18,846 nucleotides of DNA from an uncultured archaeon (GTDB lineage Archaea; Asgardarchaeota; Heimdallarchaeia; Heimdallarchaeales; Heimdallarchaeaceae): assembly GCA_964549075.1 (NCBI GenBank), contig CAZJUB010000050.1:1-18846 (forward strand), written 5' to 3'. This document shows positions 15,930-18,846 of this stretch, in pieces; the first letter of the stretch is position 1, and each line of letters starts with the position of its first letter. Both the position numbers and the translations under genes were made by a program. The notes under the pieces were generated by a model. It was not told the DNA's origin. It ran no database searches and saw only the letters and a program-made list of their open reading frames with translations.

Positions 15930-16691
15930 ATGAATAAAGCTGATTTTTGGGAATACGCTATTTTCTTTGATGATGGAGGAGTAATGAACGACAATAGACT
16001 TCGCGGGATGCAATGGCAAAAGATGTTAGGAGAATATTTTTCTCCTAAGTACGGAGGAGAGCCACATAAGTGGGCAGAGGCAAATGTCAGTATGATTGAA
16101 GATTTCACATTAGAACATGGTGAATTACTAGAAAGTGCAGAAGAAGTGGAGTATGATGCATTTTATGATGACTTCATCAATCGCTGGATTACTGGAATGT
16201 TTGAGTATGTTGGAGTGGATATTCCTCCTAAAAGCCAGAGAAGGAAAATTTATTTTGATGTTATTGATCAGATAACACCAGATGTTAAAGCATCTTTTCC
16301 TGGTGTAATAAATACAGTTAAAGCACTTCATAAGATGGGATTCAGGTTATATACTGCATCAGCACAGCATTCATCTGAGCTAAAAGGTTATCTTCGTGGA
16401 ATGCGAGTAAAGGAATATTTTACAAATTTTTATGGTCCTGATCTAATAAATATACACAAAACTAGTGAAATGTTCTATGAAAGAATGTTTAATGATATTG
16501 GAATGAATCCTAGAAGAGCTATAATTATAGATGATAATCCTAAATTTTTAGAATATGCTAAAAAACTTGAAGCTAATACTATACAGTCCTGTTTAACAGG
16601 TGAACACAAACCAACTTCTGATTATTGTATTGAACAAATGATTGATTTGCCTGAAGTTATACAAAAACTACTGAAAAAAAGTAAAAAATAG
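15930..16691 (+). CDS. HAD-superfamily hydrolase
   Basis: Motif I IFFDDGGVM, FPGV...LHKMGFRLYTAS (motif II), HKT (motif III), IIIDDN (motif IV). Confidence 0.88.
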   Translation: MNKADFWEYAIFFDDGGVMNDNRLRGMQWQKMLGEYFSPKYGGEPHKWAEANVSMIEDFTLEHGELLESAEEVEYDAFYDDFINRWITGMFEYVGVDIPPKSQRRKIYFDVIDQITPDVKASFPGVINTVKALHKMGFRLYTASAQHSSELKGYLRGMRVKEYFTNFYGPDLINIHKTSEMFYERMFNDIGMNPRRAIIIDDNPKFLEYAKKLEANTIQSCLTGEHKPTSDYCIEQMIDLPEVIQKLLKKSKK

Positions 16692-16700
16692 AAAGGGATT

Positions 16701-18149
16701 TTACTTTTTATCGTAAATACCCTTGTATGGCGCTCTTTCACCTTGTAAATATCTTTTGAATGGATCTTTTATGAATAAGGCAAAGATGATACCAATTGAA
16801 AAGAGTACTAGCAAACTTTCAAGAGCGAATCTCATAGGTGTGGGTTGAGCGTAGAAGTCGGTTAAGAAAATCACTCCAGCAAACATAATTGGTGATACAA
16901 TTGCACTTACTCTTCCAGCAATTTTTTGGAAACCACCATATTGTGCAAGCCTTGAAGGGGGAGCAAGAACCATTATAAACTGCCTTCCTACAATCCAAAT
17001 TCCACCAAAGCCTACTCCAATAAATATCGCACCAAACCAAATTAGCCAAGATGGAAAGAATTTCCATCCACTTAATACAAATATTCCTATAGCAATGAAC
17101 CAAGATATAGCTACAGCCAAAAGCAGATTCTTTGGTCCCCATTTATTTAAAAGTCTACCAACAATTATACCAAAAATTATTGAGAAAATTATTCCTCCAA
17201 GAATGATATAATTTACAAATGGTGCAAGTGCGTCACCACCCATTGTTGTAACAACAGGTACCATGTATAGTATAGTAGTATTTGCTGCATCCGTAATAAA
17301 GAACCAAGCTAAAAAGAATAGCCAAGAATTTCTATCAGCAAATATTGCCTTCAATGAGGATTTGAAATCAGAAAGAGATGCGCTTACATATTCTCCAGTA
17401 GTCATCTTTTTTTCAGGAGGATTTTCTACTTCCTTATGGAAGAGATAAGGAATACTAATTAATACTATAACTACTGCTGAAATTACAAATAGCCATCTTA
17501 ATCCACCATAATTTATATTGTGAATATCTAATTCAACAGAATTAAACTCCCAAATTTCATGAGGTTGCTTTTGCAAATCATGTGGACCAAATACACCATT
17601 AAGACCAATAATGATACTTATTGCTATTGCAATAACTGAACCAAATGCTGCTATTGCACCACCTATTGCTTGCATGATACCTCGTTTTTCAGTTTCTGCA
17701 ATAAATGGAATCTGTGCATCATAAAACATTCTTCCTGCTTGATAGCAGAAATTTGCAATGACGAATAATGCGCTTGCCCACCAGAAGTTCACCCAAACAG
17801 TTACTAGTGCCGTAGCTGTAACCATTATTCCCGCCGAGATAAGGACTGCAGGTTTTCGTTTTCCAACCCTATCAGAAATAGCACCAAGAATTGGTCCCAT
17901 TATAGCTATCAAAAGATTTGAACCCGCCATAAAAGCTGACATTACGATAAAGACTGTAGAAAGTTTCCACCCTAGACTGTATCCAGTTAGCAAAGCAAAT
18001 GGAGTATATGCTAAACTTATAACTGATTGAGAGAAGAAGGTATCAGCCATATCATAACTGTACCATAACCATGCGTTTTTGTTACTGGTATGCTTAGATT
18101 CGAGTTCAGTTTCTTTCAAATCTTTGTCACTTAAAACTACATCTGACAT
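16701..18149 (-). CDS. MFS transporter, UMF1/ATG22-like family
   Basis: WYSYDMADTFF N-terminal signature, motif A GAISDRVGKRK, FYDAQIP, about 12 TM helices. SD AGGTGA precedes ATG 18149. Confidence 0.88.
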   Translation of the reverse strand: MSDVVLSDKDLKETELESKHTSNKNAWLWYSYDMADTFFSQSVISLAYTPFALLTGYSLGWKLSTVFIVMSAFMAGSNLLIAIMGPILGAISDRVGKRKPAVLISAGIMVTATALVTVWVNFWWASALFVIANFCYQAGRMFYDAQIPFIAETEKRGIMQAIGGAIAAFGSVIAIAISIIIGLNGVFGPHDLQKQPHEIWEFNSVELDIHNINYGGLRWLFVISAVVIVLISIPYLFHKEVENPPEKKMTTGEYVSASLSDFKSSLKAIFADRNSWLFFLAWFFITDAANTTILYMVPVVTTMGGDALAPFVNYIILGGIIFSIIFGIIVGRLLNKWGPKNLLLAVAISWFIAIGIFVLSGWKFFPSWLIWFGAIFIGVGFGGIWIVGRQFIMVLAPPSRLAQYGGFQKIAGRVSAIVSPIMFAGVIFLTDFYAQPTPMRFALESLLVLFSIGIIFALFIKDPFKRYLQGERAPYKGIYDKK

Positions 18150-18307
18150 TTTTTCACCTTGCAATATCATACTAGAATTTTGTCTTCTACTGAACTGGTA
18201 TAATTTAAAGTTTCACTCAAAATTAACTAAAAATATGCTATCTAGGAGTTACCACCTTGTTGAAAGGGTGTTCTAAAGAGAAAATAACCTTGTTGTTTAG
18301 GTCACTT

Positions 18308-18787
18308 TCAAGCAATAAGACCTTCATGCAAGGTTCGTTTATTTCTAACAAATTTGAGAATAATCAAAACTATAAATCCTATCAGAAGTGAAATCAGAGA
18401 TAGAACCAAAATATAGTAGAAATTAGCTTGACTGTGGTTTAATATTGAAGATTGAGTATAGAGTATGAAGTAAACGCACATTCCTATTATACCTGTACCC
18501 AATGCTGAAGATAGGAAAACCAATGAATTTAAGTTGCTTTTCTGACTTTGTTGAGCGACATAATATACAACTAAAGTACAAGTTAATGGTATAGGAACTT
18601 GTATTAACCAGATGGCGTTTGGTGTTTGCTCAAAGAAATTTTCTACAACACTAAAAGCTTCTTCCATACCTGCTAATAAAAGGAACACAACTGCTATAGA
18701 AAATATCAATACTAAAGCTGCTGAAATAAGTGGAGAAGGTCTAAGTCTAGATTTAGGTTTCAAATCTTGGATTTTTTCTATACTCAA
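18308..18787 (-). CDS. Hypothetical membrane protein (about 4 TM helices)
   Basis: 159-aa ORF with four long hydrophobic segments and a basic C-terminal tail. Confidence 0.7.
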   Translation of the reverse strand: MSIEKIQDLKPKSRLRPSPLISAALVLIFSIAVVFLLLAGMEEAFSVVENFFEQTPNAIWLIQVPIPLTCTLVVYYVAQQSQKSNLNSLVFLSSALGTGIIGMCVYFILYTQSSILNHSQANFYYILVLSLISLLIGFIVLIILKFVRNKRTLHEGLIA

Positions 18788-18846
18788 TAATTTCTCACAT
18801 GTTTTGAGTAACTATTACTTTTAAAATAATATTTATTTGATTTATT

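Noticed and set aside
1-18846. CRISPR arrays, IS elements, rRNA genes or long repeats
   Set aside because: No regularly spaced repeats, transposase motifs, terminal inverted repeats or long GC-rich structured tracts were seen beyond the two tRNAs.

Overview
AT-rich archaeal chromosomal segment, most likely from an Asgard archaeon (Heimdallarchaeia-like). This is inferred from a Rab-like small GTPase, FAU-1, UPF0147, an ATG22/UMF1-type MFS transporter, BRE/TATA promoters, leaderless genes and a BHB-type tRNA intron. Most genes are housekeeping: a GlmU-like nucleotidyltransferase, an epimerase, SufS, a HIT protein, a GHMP kinase, an amidohydrolase, a phosphohexomutase, a HAD hydrolase and an MFS transporter. 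There are two tRNA genes, Ser-CGA and Asp-GTC (the latter with a non-canonical D-loop intron). The best candidate for an undescribed system is a tandem pair of paralogous single-pass membrane proteins, each built as signal peptide + extracellular FKBP-like domain + GxxxG transmembrane helix + cytoplasmic 8-Cys FYVE/RING-like zinc finger. The pair lies between the two tRNAs, just downstream of the Rab-like GTPase gene. Other notable points are a DUF2797 protein with a canonical C-terminal PCNA-binding PIP box and GIY-YIG-like residues, a family-4 UDG interrupted by one in-frame TAA, a small Cys-bearing winged-helix protein leading the sufS operon, and a tRNA-Ser with an atypical U73. All family assignments come from motif recognition by eye; no database searches were run.
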